From a virus (taxonomy: Duplodnaviria; Caudoviricetes), in the IMG/VR virus record IMGVR_UViG_3300032270_000543, positions 1-64,000 of that record: DNA of 64,000 bases. The stretch is one strand, 5' to 3'. Both the position numbers and the translations under genes were made by a program. How positions within the stretch are numbered: the first letter of the stretch is position 1; every line of letters begins with the position of its first letter. The notes beneath the pieces are model-generated. The model was not told the origin of the DNA. It saw only the letters and a program-made list of their open reading frames with translations, and made no database searches. Of the stretch, positions 15,893-25,412 are shown piece after piece.

Positions 15893-16842
15893 TTGAACTT
15901 GACCTCCATCATCAACTGCACTAGACACGCCGTGAGATTGATCTCATGGTCGGCTGCAAACGCGGCTTTGTACTGATAGTCGCCAAGCACAAGAATGGCT
16001 TGAGGAATAGAACTAGGCTCCGCAGTCTCGTACAGGTTATCGTAGATGGCACGGAATATACGGGTCTGATCGTTGTCCAAGTTCTCCACCACCCACTTGC
16101 GGACAGCACCGAAATCCTTTGCCTTCATGTGCTTGACGAGTTCCTTGACCGCCACATCGCCAAGGGTGTTCAGGATGCCCACATCAATCTTGCCTCCTGC
16201 TGCGTACCGCTGCAACTCGTTCAGAGTGCGGCGGAAGTCAGGAAAGAACTTCATAATGACTTGGGCTACCACCTTCTCATCGTATTCCACACCCTCCGCT
16301 TCAAGGATTTCCGTGACCCGCGACATGAAACGGGAAGCAAGTGCGGGCTTCGCCTTGTTGGGAATACGGAAATCAATGCAGGTGCATCGGGAGTGCAGCG
16401 GCTCAATCACCCTGTTCTTGAAGTTGCAAGTCAGGATGAAACGGCAGTTGTCCGCAAACTCCTCAATGAAACCGCGAAGGGCGGGTTGAGTGGACTGTGC
16501 GTTCGAATAGTCGAACTCGTCCAAGATCACCACCTTCTTGACCCCATCGGTCAAGGACACCGTGGAAGCAAAACTGCGAATCTTTGTCCGAAGGGTATCA
16601 ATGTTTCCGTCTTCGGAGCAGTTCACCACTAGGGTATCGCACCCCAAATCATTGCAGAGTGCCTTCGCCACAGAAGTCTTGCCACAGCCTGGTCCTCCCG
16701 ACAACAGGAGGTTCTGTGGTTCTCCCCGTTCGACCATTAGCACGAAAGTGTCGTGCGTTTCCGATGGCAGAATGCAGTCTTCCACGGTCTGTGGACGATA
16801 CTTCTCAACCCAAAGACCCTTCACGGTTTCAGTTGTAGTCAC
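15889..16842 (-). CDS. 44: clamp loader large subunit gp44 (AAA+)
   Basis: WVEKYRP, GPGCGKTS, ILDEFD and PLHSRC motifs. Confidence 0.96.
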   Translation of the reverse strand: MTTTETVKGLWVEKYRPQTVEDCILPSETHDTFVLMVERGEPQNLLLSGGPGCGKTSVAKALCNDLGCDTLVVNCSEDGNIDTLRTKIRSFASTVSLTDGVKKVVILDEFDYSNAQSTQPALRGFIEEFADNCRFILTCNFKNRVIEPLHSRCTCIDFRIPNKAKPALASRFMSRVTEILEAEGVEYDEKVVAQVIMKFFPDFRRTLNELQRYAAGGKIDVGILNTLGDVAVKELVKHMKAKDFGAVRKWVVENLDNDQTRIFRAIYDNLYETAEPSSIPQAILVLGDYQYKAAFAADHEINLTACLVQLMMEVKFK

Positions 16843-16845
16843 GAA

Positions 16846-17553
16846 TTAAGCCTCGTATGTAGAGTCGGCGTTCAGAGCAATCCAATAAGTCAGGGGTTCA
16901 TTCTTGTTGGAGAAGGACGAAACCACCTTCTCCGAAATGGCTACGGTGTAATCACCAGGCAGGATCTTCAGGTTATCCACATCAAAGATGAACTCAAATG
17001 TGGATCCTGAAGTGTTGTCACCCACAACCAAAGAATAGAAGTTGGAAGTCACATCACCCTTGTCCGTTGCAGCCAGTTCAATCTTGCTGCCGTCCTCAGA
17101 AGAACGCACACACAGGTGTCCTACCTGAAGCACAGACGCTGCCTTGATGACTTCCGCAAAATCCTTTGCAGTAAGGTCAAACTTCACCACAGGGGAAGGC
17201 ACAGAAATCTTCTTGTTTGTGGAAGTCACCAATCGCGGATCGCAATAGTAGTAGCGGATGCTTGCCTTGCCACCCTGACTGCGAACGGTGATATAGTTGT
17301 CCTCAAACACGAACTCGGGATCCTTAAACAGACTCACCGTACCAAGGAATTTGTTTAGATCCCAAATGGCAAACTGCTTGGAGAACACCTCGTCTACCTT
17401 TGCTTCCGCAAGGATGTTCTTTGTGGACGAAAGGGTGTTCAGGGTGCTTCCCTCATTCACCAATAGTCCTGAGTTGATAGACGCGAAATTCTTGAGGATA
17501 TCAAGAGTCCGCTTACTGATTGTTACGGCATTAGTCTTCGTCTTCGTTGTCAT
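16846..17553 (-). CDS. 45: sliding clamp gp45
   Basis: ILKNFASINS...KNILAEA...FAIWDLNKFL...NLKILPGDY...YWIAL; start uncertain (17553 or 17559). Confidence 0.92.
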   Translation of the reverse strand: MTTKTKTNAVTISKRTLDILKNFASINSGLLVNEGSTLNTLSSTKNILAEAKVDEVFSKQFAIWDLNKFLGTVSLFKDPEFVFEDNYITVRSQGGKASIRYYYCDPRLVTSTNKKISVPSPVVKFDLTAKDFAEVIKAASVLQVGHLCVRSSEDGSKIELAATDKGDVTSNFYSLVVGDNTSGSTFEFIFDVDNLKILPGDYTVAISEKVVSSFSNKNEPLTYWIALNADSTYEA

Positions 17554-17704
17554 AATCATAATCTCGCTTTCCTGCATTGTAGTCTTCCACAAATCGCTTC
17601 AAGTTTTCCTTCTCATCGTGACGGATGCGACTCTTGTGTTTGCGCTCTACGCTCTTACGAGCCTTTCGTGCGCTGCGGTCTTCGTTTTCGTAGTTCTCAA
17701 ACAT
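17531..17704 (-). CDS. 57-aa charged hypothetical protein (below the ORF-track cutoff)
   Basis: MFENYENEDRSARKARKSVERKHKSRIRHDEKENLKRFVEDYNAGKRDYDYDNEDED; TGATG overlap with the rnh stop; fills the gap. Confidence 0.6.
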   Translation of the reverse strand: MFENYENEDRSARKARKSVERKHKSRIRHDEKENLKRFVEDYNAGKRDYDYDNEDED

Positions 17705-18552
17705 CAGAAGTCCTCTATATCCGAAATGAGGTTGCGTAGCCCCTTCTCTATCATGTAGTTCAGAATCTTGGCGCGAGAGGGTGTGAACGGTCTATTCCAC
17801 TCCGATTCAATCTTTGATTCGTACTTTGCGGGAATATTCAGCAAATTGATCAGGGTATTGTTCCTGTCCCAATTAACTGCGTACTTGTCAGACACCTTTC
17901 CCGTGTCCGCGTATTCTTTCAGAATTTCATCCATTCGCTTTTGGGTGATGGGCTTCTGTCTCTTTCCTGCGTCCATGAAGCAGTCGTCATCAGACAGCAG
18001 ATTAGGCACACCGTCAGTGGAATCACCCTTCACGATATGCTCAAGCAGAAACTGATGCGGATTGTCCACCGTGATGAACTTCTTTTGGATGGGTGCGTAC
18101 TGCACCACATTCTTGTGGATCAGTAGTTGACCAAAGTCCTTGTCTCCGCTGAGAATAAGAATCTTCTCGGTTGGAGCATAGGTCTTCACCAAATACGCAA
18201 TGATGTCATCGGCTTCACAGCCCTGTACAAGCACATTCCTGTACGGAAAGTTCTCTGCAACTTCCGCACGAATGCGGTTGATGATATCGTAGAAATGATC
18301 CCATTGCTCTGCGTTTTCCTTGCGGTCAGCCCGCCGCTTGGCTTTATACAGCGAAAAGAAATCACGCCGCCAAGACGCACCGCCGTCTTCGCAGATCACC
18401 AGTTCACCGTACTCGCGGAAAAACTTCTTGCGGTACATTCTGTAGGTGTTCAGCACCATGTGACGGCAAAGGTCTTCGTCAATCGCGCCCACATCTCGCG
18501 TCTGTGCAAAGATGGAGGACATCAGTACCTGTGTATTGTCAACGAGAATCAT
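17704..18552 (-). CDS. rnh: T4-type RNase H (5'-3' exonuclease)
   Basis: MILVD..Q, WRRD.F..YKA.R, EADDII, ILSGDKDF.QL and KGD.TDGVPN.LSDD; start in a TAATG overlap. Confidence 0.93.
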   Translation of the reverse strand: MILVDNTQVLMSSIFAQTRDVGAIDEDLCRHMVLNTYRMYRKKFFREYGELVICEDGGASWRRDFFSLYKAKRRADRKENAEQWDHFYDIINRIRAEVAENFPYRNVLVQGCEADDIIAYLVKTYAPTEKILILSGDKDFGQLLIHKNVVQYAPIQKKFITVDNPHQFLLEHIVKGDSTDGVPNLLSDDDCFMDAGKRQKPITQKRMDEILKEYADTGKVSDKYAVNWDRNNTLINLLNIPAKYESKIESEWNRPFTPSRAKILNYMIEKGLRNLISDIEDF

Positions 18553-19673
18553 TAGTTTACCTGTAGCAGTAGGCAGTGCTTGTTGATGCGACCTGTGGGT
18601 TCGCTTGGCTTGGTCTTCACGCCGTTGAGGTAACGCACCGCAGCGGTAAAAGTCTTGCGGCATCCGTCCGTGTTCTTGACGAACTCGTCTGGCTTACGCA
18701 CCGTCTTTTCAAAGGACTTTGCAGAATCAAACCCAAGCAAAGTGGAACCCTTCACCGACAGTCCGCTCTTCGGCTCAACTGCGATGAAGACGGTGGCTTT
18801 GTTGTTCTTGGTGTTGAACACGATCAGTCCTTGTGCCCCAATGATAGCCTCTGGCTTGGCAGAGTCAACCCCCAAATCCTCACTTCGGATGAGGAACTTC
18901 AGTCCCTTTATTTGCTTTTCGGCACTCTTGGGCTTGGTCTTGCGGGGCTTGCGGGACGCACGGAGAACCCCAAGGCGATCATCCAAATTTTGAATGGCTG
19001 TTTGGAGTATTTCAATCATATACTTCAAAGCCTTGGGAGTGAAGTGGGAATACCCTTCCTTTAGATCGGGGTCTTTGCCGCTGCTTGCCAGCAGAAACTC
19101 CTGAAGAACGGTATCCAACCGATCCCGCACCGCAAGTGCAAGGGGTCGATTCAAGTCGCTGCTCTTGATCCAATCAAGGATAGATGTGTCCTTGCGCTTG
19201 CCACCGCGCACCGCTGCCATAGCGTCATCAAGCACAGGCTCCAACAGGCACAGCACGGCATCAGCCTTTGCTGCCACCCGATCCGCCACACTTGGACGCT
19301 CTGCCACAGGGGCGTTTGCACGGGCACTGTCAAGCAGTTCCGCGAGGTGCTTTACGATCAGTTCTTGAGGCTTCGCTCCGAACGGAAAACCCCGAACAGC
19401 CATGCGGCAGTATGGAGCAAGGAATCGGAAGTGTTCCTTTCCTGCACGGGACACCAGTGCTGCGTCTTCGTCCCGTCCGTTCTGCTCCAAATATTCCCGC
19501 ACCCACACCTTGGCAACAGGAAGTTTGTAGTTCTGTCGGTACCAGTAAAGGGATTTTTCGATGACGAGTTCAAGATCGTCTGCCTTTGTGTTGGGGTCAT
19601 ACTGCGGTTCTGCCCCACCTGACAGAATGTTTCGCGCTCGTTCGTTTGAAATTTTCCGACTCATGGTTAGCAT
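18552..19673 (-). CDS. conserved T4-like phage hypothetical protein
   Basis: C-terminal P..IIGA..L.VFNTK...GLSVKGSTL.GFD...KTVRKP...GRIN pattern recalled from environmental T4-like phages; start may be 19664. Confidence 0.7.
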   Translation of the reverse strand: MLTMSRKISNERARNILSGGAEPQYDPNTKADDLELVIEKSLYWYRQNYKLPVAKVWVREYLEQNGRDEDAALVSRAGKEHFRFLAPYCRMAVRGFPFGAKPQELIVKHLAELLDSARANAPVAERPSVADRVAAKADAVLCLLEPVLDDAMAAVRGGKRKDTSILDWIKSSDLNRPLALAVRDRLDTVLQEFLLASSGKDPDLKEGYSHFTPKALKYMIEILQTAIQNLDDRLGVLRASRKPRKTKPKSAEKQIKGLKFLIRSEDLGVDSAKPEAIIGAQGLIVFNTKNNKATVFIAVEPKSGLSVKGSTLLGFDSAKSFEKTVRKPDEFVKNTDGCRKTFTAAVRYLNGVKTKPSEPTGRINKHCLLLQVN

Positions 19674-21379
19674 AGTTTGCTGAAGTTGTTGACCTTCTTG
19701 TAGGTCAAGATGTTCTGGAACTTATCTAGTAACTGGTCAGACTTGTGAGAGATCACAAAGATGTTGCTGCTTCCGCCCATGCCTTGCAGAATCTTGATTA
19801 CCTCTTCGGTGCCAACGGCATCAAGGGAAGAATCAAATACTTCGTCAAGGATGAGCAGGTTCGTGTTGGCACTGTTCTTCATTCTAGCAATGTCCCGCCA
19901 CGCAAGCAAGAGAGAAACATCAATCCTCAATTTTTCACCCTCGCTGAAATTTTCATACGAAAATTCGTCACGGTGGCGGCTCTTGATTATTTCATTAAAG
20001 TCCTCGTTCAGGGTGAACTGCGCGAAGAAATCCATTGAAATCAAATACTTGTTAATGATTTTGTTGAGAGCAGGAATGTATTTACGAATGATCTTACGCT
20101 TGATGCCGCTGTCTTTCAGCAGCACCGTGGCAATCTCCATCGTGTGCAAGTCCTCAACAAAATCCTTCTTATGCCCTTCTGCCGTGTCTTCTTCCGCTTG
20201 CAGGGCGGTCATGGCATCGCGTTCGGTCTGAATGGACGCCTTTTCACGCTGCGTCTTATCCGCGAGTTCCTGCAACTGCTTCAGGTACTTCTTTGAAGAC
20301 GCGATTGCAGAATCAGTCTTGTGCGATTCCTGCTTCTTGTCGTCAATCTGCTTTACCACATCATTCGCAATATCCAACTTGGTACGAGCGTCCTCAAGCA
20401 TACGCTCCATCTTCTGTAGAGCAAGTGCGAGTTCGGTTTCGCGGGATTCCTTCTTGCCGATCATGTCCTGACGGAACTCGTCAGGGAGTTCGTGCTTACA
20501 CACAGGGCATTCCTCGTTCTGCTCGTAGAATGTGCGCTCATCCTGCACCTTCTTGACATTGCCGTGCATCTGCTTGCGTAGAGCGGTCATCTGTGAGATG
20601 GAGTCACGCTGCTTGTCAACGGAGGACACGCTTTCGGCTAGGGCTGCAATCTCTTCTTGTAGTGCGGCTTTCTTCTCAAGCAGAGCCTGAAGGGATTCCT
20701 GTTCCTCCGTAGCGGACTTCTTGTACGAGTCCAGTTGCGAGTCGGACTTCTCCTCAATCTTCTTGATCATGTCCGCCTTGTGTTCGATCTTTAGGCGGAT
20801 TGTGCTGATGGAGGACTCCACGGAGCGTAGTTCTTCCTTCGTAGACAGCAGACGCGACTTCAGGGCTTCGTTCATCTTGGAGAACACATCAATGTCCAAC
20901 AGGTTCTCCACGATGTTGCGGCGATCCGCAGCAGGGAGGCGCATGAACGGCACATAGTTCGTGGAGCCAAGAATCACTACCTGACAGAATGTCTTGTAGT
21001 TCATCTTGAGGATTTGCCCCTCAAGAATGGCTTGGTAGTCCTTCGCATTAGCCGTTTGTGGAATTTCCTTACCGTCTTTTTCAATGGTGAACATCTTGGG
21101 AGACAGCCCACGAACAACCTTGTACTTGCTGCCGTTTGAGGTGAACTCAATCTCAACCACACAGTCCTTGCCGTTGATGGAGTTCACGATCTGCGGCAGA
21201 TTGATGTTTCGGAACGGCTTGCCGTAAAGCACAAAGGTGAGGGCATCCAACATGGTGGTCTTGCCCGCACCGTTCTCACCACAGATGAGTGTGGTGGAGT
21301 GCTTGTCCAACTGAATTTCGGTGAACACATTTCCCGTACTCAGCAAGTTCTTCCAACGGATTTTGTTGAATATAATCAT
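19667..21379 (-). CDS. 46: recombination endonuclease subunit gp46 (Rad50/SbcC-like)
   Basis: GENGAGKTT Walker A, CPVC zinc hook, FSEGEK signature and LILDEVFD. Confidence 0.96.
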   Translation of the reverse strand: MIIFNKIRWKNLLSTGNVFTEIQLDKHSTTLICGENGAGKTTMLDALTFVLYGKPFRNINLPQIVNSINGKDCVVEIEFTSNGSKYKVVRGLSPKMFTIEKDGKEIPQTANAKDYQAILEGQILKMNYKTFCQVVILGSTNYVPFMRLPAADRRNIVENLLDIDVFSKMNEALKSRLLSTKEELRSVESSISTIRLKIEHKADMIKKIEEKSDSQLDSYKKSATEEQESLQALLEKKAALQEEIAALAESVSSVDKQRDSISQMTALRKQMHGNVKKVQDERTFYEQNEECPVCKHELPDEFRQDMIGKKESRETELALALQKMERMLEDARTKLDIANDVVKQIDDKKQESHKTDSAIASSKKYLKQLQELADKTQREKASIQTERDAMTALQAEEDTAEGHKKDFVEDLHTMEIATVLLKDSGIKRKIIRKYIPALNKIINKYLISMDFFAQFTLNEDFNEIIKSRHRDEFSYENFSEGEKLRIDVSLLLAWRDIARMKNSANTNLLILDEVFDSSLDAVGTEEVIKILQGMGGSSNIFVISHKSDQLLDKFQNILTYKKVNNFSKLC

Positions 21380-22440
21380 GGCTTGGCAGTCTCGTTTGCA
21401 ATGCACTCCGCGTACAGATCACGCACAAGGTTCTTCAGCCGCTTGGGATCAGAAATATTCTGAAGGGCTTCGATCTCTTTGTTGATGATGGTGATGGTGT
21501 CTTCACCCAAATCAACGAGGTCGCTGTCCCCGTTTTGGTCGGGCTGAAGGTCTTCAATGATCGTGACCCCGTGAGGAGCGGAAGCGTACACCGAGTCCAC
21601 GAACTTCTCAAACAGGTACGGCTTCGTCTTCTTCTCCACGATGATACGCACAAACTTGCCGCGAGTGCGCTCTTCCTCTACCGAGAGAGGAACAGTCTCG
21701 CTGGCATCGGTGTCATCGTAGCGGATCTGCGTGAAAATCGTATGCGGATTCTTCACGAACTCCAACTCACGGGTTTCGGTGTCAAGAATGTGAAATCCCT
21801 TCTTGTCACCGTAGTCGTTCATGGTGATTTGGTACGGGCATCCCAAGTAATGGATATTCTCGCGGGAGTGACGAGTATGAAAGTGTCCCGTGTATACAGC
21901 AGAGAAACGCTTGAACGGCTCGGGACTCATTCCACCATCAAATGGAGTGTTACGCAGAACCTGATATCCGTTCAATTCAAGGTGCCCACACAGGATATCG
22001 GCGCGTGTTTCGGCAATGAACTTCAAGGATTCGGCTTCGTTCTCCTTGTTGATCCACGGCAGCAGCGCAATAGGCAGCCCGTCAAAGTCAAGCGTCACGG
22101 GCTTTTCATGGACAATGAACTTGTCGGAGAACAGTTCCTGAAGCGAGTTCACCTCGCTCTTGTTCTTGAAAAAGATGTCGTGGTTGCCAAGAATGCAGTG
22201 CATGGTGGCACCGCTTTCCTCAAGTCTCCGAATGAAACCGTTGCGAACGGCGTTCAGGGTGAGGAAGTTCACGAACTTGCGGCGGTCAAGAAAATCGCCC
22301 ATGTGAATGATTGTGGTGATGCCCTCCGCTTGGATGCGGGGGAAAAACACGCGGTCAAAGAACCGCATGAAGTGTTCCATGAACACAGGCGAATCATTAC
22401 GCGCACCAAAGTGCGTATCAGTCACAATGGCAATCTTCAC
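21376..22440 (-). CDS. 47: recombination endonuclease subunit gp47 (Mre11/SbcD-like)
   Basis: TDTHFGAR, GDFLDRRK, GNHD and GHFH phosphoesterase motifs. Confidence 0.96.
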   Translation of the reverse strand: MKIAIVTDTHFGARNDSPVFMEHFMRFFDRVFFPRIQAEGITTIIHMGDFLDRRKFVNFLTLNAVRNGFIRRLEESGATMHCILGNHDIFFKNKSEVNSLQELFSDKFIVHEKPVTLDFDGLPIALLPWINKENEAESLKFIAETRADILCGHLELNGYQVLRNTPFDGGMSPEPFKRFSAVYTGHFHTRHSRENIHYLGCPYQITMNDYGDKKGFHILDTETRELEFVKNPHTIFTQIRYDDTDASETVPLSVEEERTRGKFVRIIVEKKTKPYLFEKFVDSVYASAPHGVTIIEDLQPDQNGDSDLVDLGEDTITIINKEIEALQNISDPKRLKNLVRDLYAECIANETAKP

Positions 22441-23045
22441 TTCTTCTTGCCTTTCTTCACGGGCTTGGCTGTCTTCTTGGGCTTTGGCTTGCTCGGTTTC
22501 TTGGGCTTCGCAGCCTTTTTCGGGGCAGGCTCTTGCTCCGCTACAGGTTCGCCCTTTTTCTCAAATGACTCAATATCATTCTCTGTGAGGAATGTGGGCA
22601 GTGTATCAAAGTTTTCGCCAACCTTCAAGAAGTTCTCGCGGAACCACTTCTTCATCTGCGAGTCCACATCGCTCATCTCAATCTTCTTGAGTTTGATGTA
22701 CGCTTGCTTCTTCTCCTTCTGAATGCGGCGAAGAAAAGCGTAGTAGATGATCTGTGTGAAATATGAGAAAGGGTTTTTGGACTTTGATGGATCAAAGTTG
22801 TATGCGTACAGCAGGCAGTTTTCAATGCCGTCCGAGATCATCTCGTCCCTGTACGGATAGTTGATGAAGTTGGGCTTGCGGGACAGATGCTCCGCAATCT
22901 TCATAAAGCACTCACCAATGTAGTTCGTAACAGGAGGATGCTTCTCTCCCTTTGCATTCGCTGCATCAACCAACTCCTTCCACTCCTCCATAGCAGCGAA
23001 AAACTGTTGGTTGTCTATGTAATGTTCACTCTTCTTTTTTGCCAT
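22437..23045 (-). CDS. 55: late-transcription sigma factor gp55
   Basis: HYIDN...YIGECFMKIA.HLS.KPNFINY...MISDGIENC...KSKNPFSYFTQIIYYAFLRRIQKEKKQ. Confidence 0.95.
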   Translation of the reverse strand: MAKKKSEHYIDNQQFFAAMEEWKELVDAANAKGEKHPPVTNYIGECFMKIAEHLSRKPNFINYPYRDEMISDGIENCLLYAYNFDPSKSKNPFSYFTQIIYYAFLRRIQKEKKQAYIKLKKIEMSDVDSQMKKWFRENFLKVGENFDTLPTFLTENDIESFEKKGEPVAEQEPAPKKAAKPKKPSKPKPKKTAKPVKKGKKK

Positions 23046-23066
23046 CACGGTCCTTTCATTACAAAC

Positions 23067-23095
23067 ATTATCACTCAATAACGGGGGTTTGTCAA
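23067..23095 (-). promoter_or_regulatory. sigma70-like promoter (TTGACA-17-GATAAT) upstream of gp55
   Basis: -35 at 23095-23090, -10 at 23072-23067. Confidence 0.7.
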
Positions 23096-23913
23096 CCCTC
23101 TTCCTCATTTTTTGGAGGCTCGGGGACATCCAAATAGTCTTTCAAATACGGCGACCAGTCTTCGTGACTATTGCCGTAGTTGGGCTTCTTCTTCAGATCA
23201 TCAGCGGGTTCATTCCATTCATCTTTTGAGATTTTCTCCCGCTTATTCTTCTTCTTGGCTTTCTTGGGCTTCTGCGGAACATCATCAGCATCATCGTTCA
23301 TCATTTCTTCGATGAAACTAGTATCCGTGAAGTCTGCAATGCAGTCCTTCAAATAATCTACAAAGCCACTCTCAACCCAAGACGACAGAATATCATTTGG
23401 AATACTCACCGAAAATATGATGCCTTCGGGACGAGGTGGTACGCTAAACGGAAACGAAGATGGGGTCATTCCTTGTGCAGGAAAGTCGCCCGTTGCACCC
23501 TCTGCCGCCAACTGCTTGAGCATATCCTCAAGTTTCTTGTCTACTTCATTGGACAAGGCTTTCATTTCCTCTTCCGTGATTTCGGTGGGAGGCGCAAGTG
23601 GAGCAGGAGGACGATCCTGCACTTCAGTCTGACGGGCATAAAGACTGATCATATCGGGATCGGGTGAGAGGTCTACAACAATAAAATCTAATGGGATATC
23701 AGCGGTGATCTCTGATGTGGAGCCAAGCCAATCAGAGAAGAAGATGGTGTGTCGCTTCACGCCAGTATATGGGTCGGTTTGTATATTGTTCATTACGCGC
23801 ATAGGGCGGGCAAGTTTAATCTTGTCCTTGGTCTTGCCTGCAACCTTGGCAATGATTTCCTCGCCGCTTCTCAACTTGAAGACTCGGAGTTCATCTTTCT
23901 TCCGTCTGCTCAT
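23092..23913 (-). CDS. Sm-like-domain hypothetical protein of the uvsW-gp55 interval, with a long acidic extension
   Basis: N-terminal VFKLRSGEEIIAKV...L.RPM; conserved position in T4-like phages. Confidence 0.6.
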   Translation of the reverse strand: MSRRKKDELRVFKLRSGEEIIAKVAGKTKDKIKLARPMRVMNNIQTDPYTGVKRHTIFFSDWLGSTSEITADIPLDFIVVDLSPDPDMISLYARQTEVQDRPPAPLAPPTEITEEEMKALSNEVDKKLEDMLKQLAAEGATGDFPAQGMTPSSFPFSVPPRPEGIIFSVSIPNDILSSWVESGFVDYLKDCIADFTDTSFIEEMMNDDADDVPQKPKKAKKKNKREKISKDEWNEPADDLKKKPNYGNSHEDWSPYLKDYLDVPEPPKNEEEG

Positions 23914-25412
23914 AGGTCTTCTCCCAGTTGAATCTTGACAAGGCGGTATTCGAAGCCTTCGGCTTCATAAAGTTTCATGCGCTCATTCATGTGTCGCAGT
24001 GTGTGGTTCTTCCACGATTTAAACGAAAGATCGTCACCCAAATCATACAATTTTGCGGTTGTCTTGTCCTGTGATACACGCAACTGTCGTCCGATGCTCT
24101 GTAGAACGCGGATACGGGACTTGGATGGCGAAGCAAATATGATGTTGTGGAGGCGGCGAATTGAGATGCCTGTGCTGAATGTACCGTAAGAGGCAATGAT
24201 AATAGCATCGGATTCACTCTCAACAATCTTGCGAATCTCCTCTCTGTCCGCAGCCTCAGTGCCACCATGCACAAAGAATACCTTGCGTTCGGGGGGAACG
24301 CAAGCCCTCACAAGACTATTTAGTACCTTTCCGTGGTCTTCTACGAATTGAAATAGTATGAGCGAGTTGCCCTTCAACCGCTTGCACATATTCGCAATGA
24401 ACGCATTCCTGCGTGGAGATCCAATTATCCATCGTATCTCGTCCTGATACTTGGCGCGTTTCACGGCTTCGCGGTCAAGATCGGGATACGACAGCAGAAG
24501 ACAGTCAATCTTCAGGTCGCTCAGAATCTTCTTCTCCATCAACTCCTTCGTCTTCGTGACTTCGTAGGCGCGTCCAAACAGCCCCTCAAGCACAAGACGG
24601 TGGGTCTGTGTGCCATCCAGTGTACCTGTGGTGCCCACGCGGAATGGGCAGGTCTTCAATTTGGACATGATGGAAGTAAGCGACTTGGACTTGAACAGGT
24701 GGGCTTCATCACCGATCACCGCGCTGAACTGCTGAAACCACTTCTCGTTCTGCTTATATACGCTCTGCCATGTAGAAACTATCACACGCTTGTCTGTGCC
24801 TTTGTCTGCACCTGCCATGATCTTATGGCAGTTTGTATCGGTATCCCATCCGTTTGCTGACGAGTAATCCGTGAAATCTGACACCATCTGCTCTACAAGC
24901 GAAACGGTTGGAACCACAATCAGCACCTTCTTGTCCTTGGGAATTTTATCCAAGTAGTAGCGAAGCAGCGTATAGATGATGAGGCTTTTGCCGCTACCCG
25001 TGGGTGACAGGAGCAGGCATCGTTCTTCGTGCATTGCGTGGTGAACCGCATTCACTTGGTGATCATGTGCGTCCACTCGCTTGCCACCCACATGAACCTG
25101 TAAGAAATCCTGCATAAACTTTCTTACAGCATCAGAGGTAATGGTGTTGCTATTTTTGGAAGGCAGCGTAAGCGTGTAGCCGCGCTCTTCCGCAAACTTC
25201 TTGATGTATTCCGTCAGACCAGCGTACACAAACCCTGTGTGGACATTGAACAATTTGATTTCACCGTTCCACAGCCGCGCGCGATAGGCGGGCATGAACT
25301 TGTAGCCAGGCACCTTGAAAGTGAAATAGTCAGACAGTTCGTGAGCAATGCCTCGATTGCACTCCACACGAACATTGACCGAATCTACTTCACTTACATC
25401 AAGGTCAAACAT
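23910..25412 (-). CDS. uvsW: UvsW RNA-DNA/DNA helicase
   Basis: SPTGSGKS, GDEAH, TGT, YGTFSTG and QSIGR SF2 motifs. Confidence 0.96.
   Translation of the reverse strand: MFDLDVSEVDSVNVRVECNRGIAHELSDYFTFKVPGYKFMPAYRARLWNGEIKLFNVHTGFVYAGLTEYIKKFAEERGYTLTLPSKNSNTITSDAVRKFMQDFLQVHVGGKRVDAHDHQVNAVHHAMHEERCLLLSPTGSGKSLIIYTLLRYYLDKIPKDKKVLIVVPTVSLVEQMVSDFTDYSSANGWDTDTNCHKIMAGADKGTDKRVIVSTWQSVYKQNEKWFQQFSAVIGDEAHLFKSKSLTSIMSKLKTCPFRVGTTGTLDGTQTHRLVLEGLFGRAYEVTKTKELMEKKILSDLKIDCLLLSYPDLDREAVKRAKYQDEIRWIIGSPRRNAFIANMCKRLKGNSLILFQFVEDHGKVLNSLVRACVPPERKVFFVHGGTEAADREEIRKIVESESDAIIIASYGTFSTGISIRRLHNIIFASPSKSRIRVLQSIGRQLRVSQDKTTAKLYDLGDDLSFKSWKNHTLRHMNERMKLYEAEGFEYRLVKIQLGEDL

Noticed and set aside
21535-22722. 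Long plus-strand ORFs (395 aa here; also 47903..48772, 31932..32726, 36338..37072 and others)
   Set aside because: Antisense shadows of well-conserved minus-strand genes, with no recognisable motifs; all credible genes are on the minus strand
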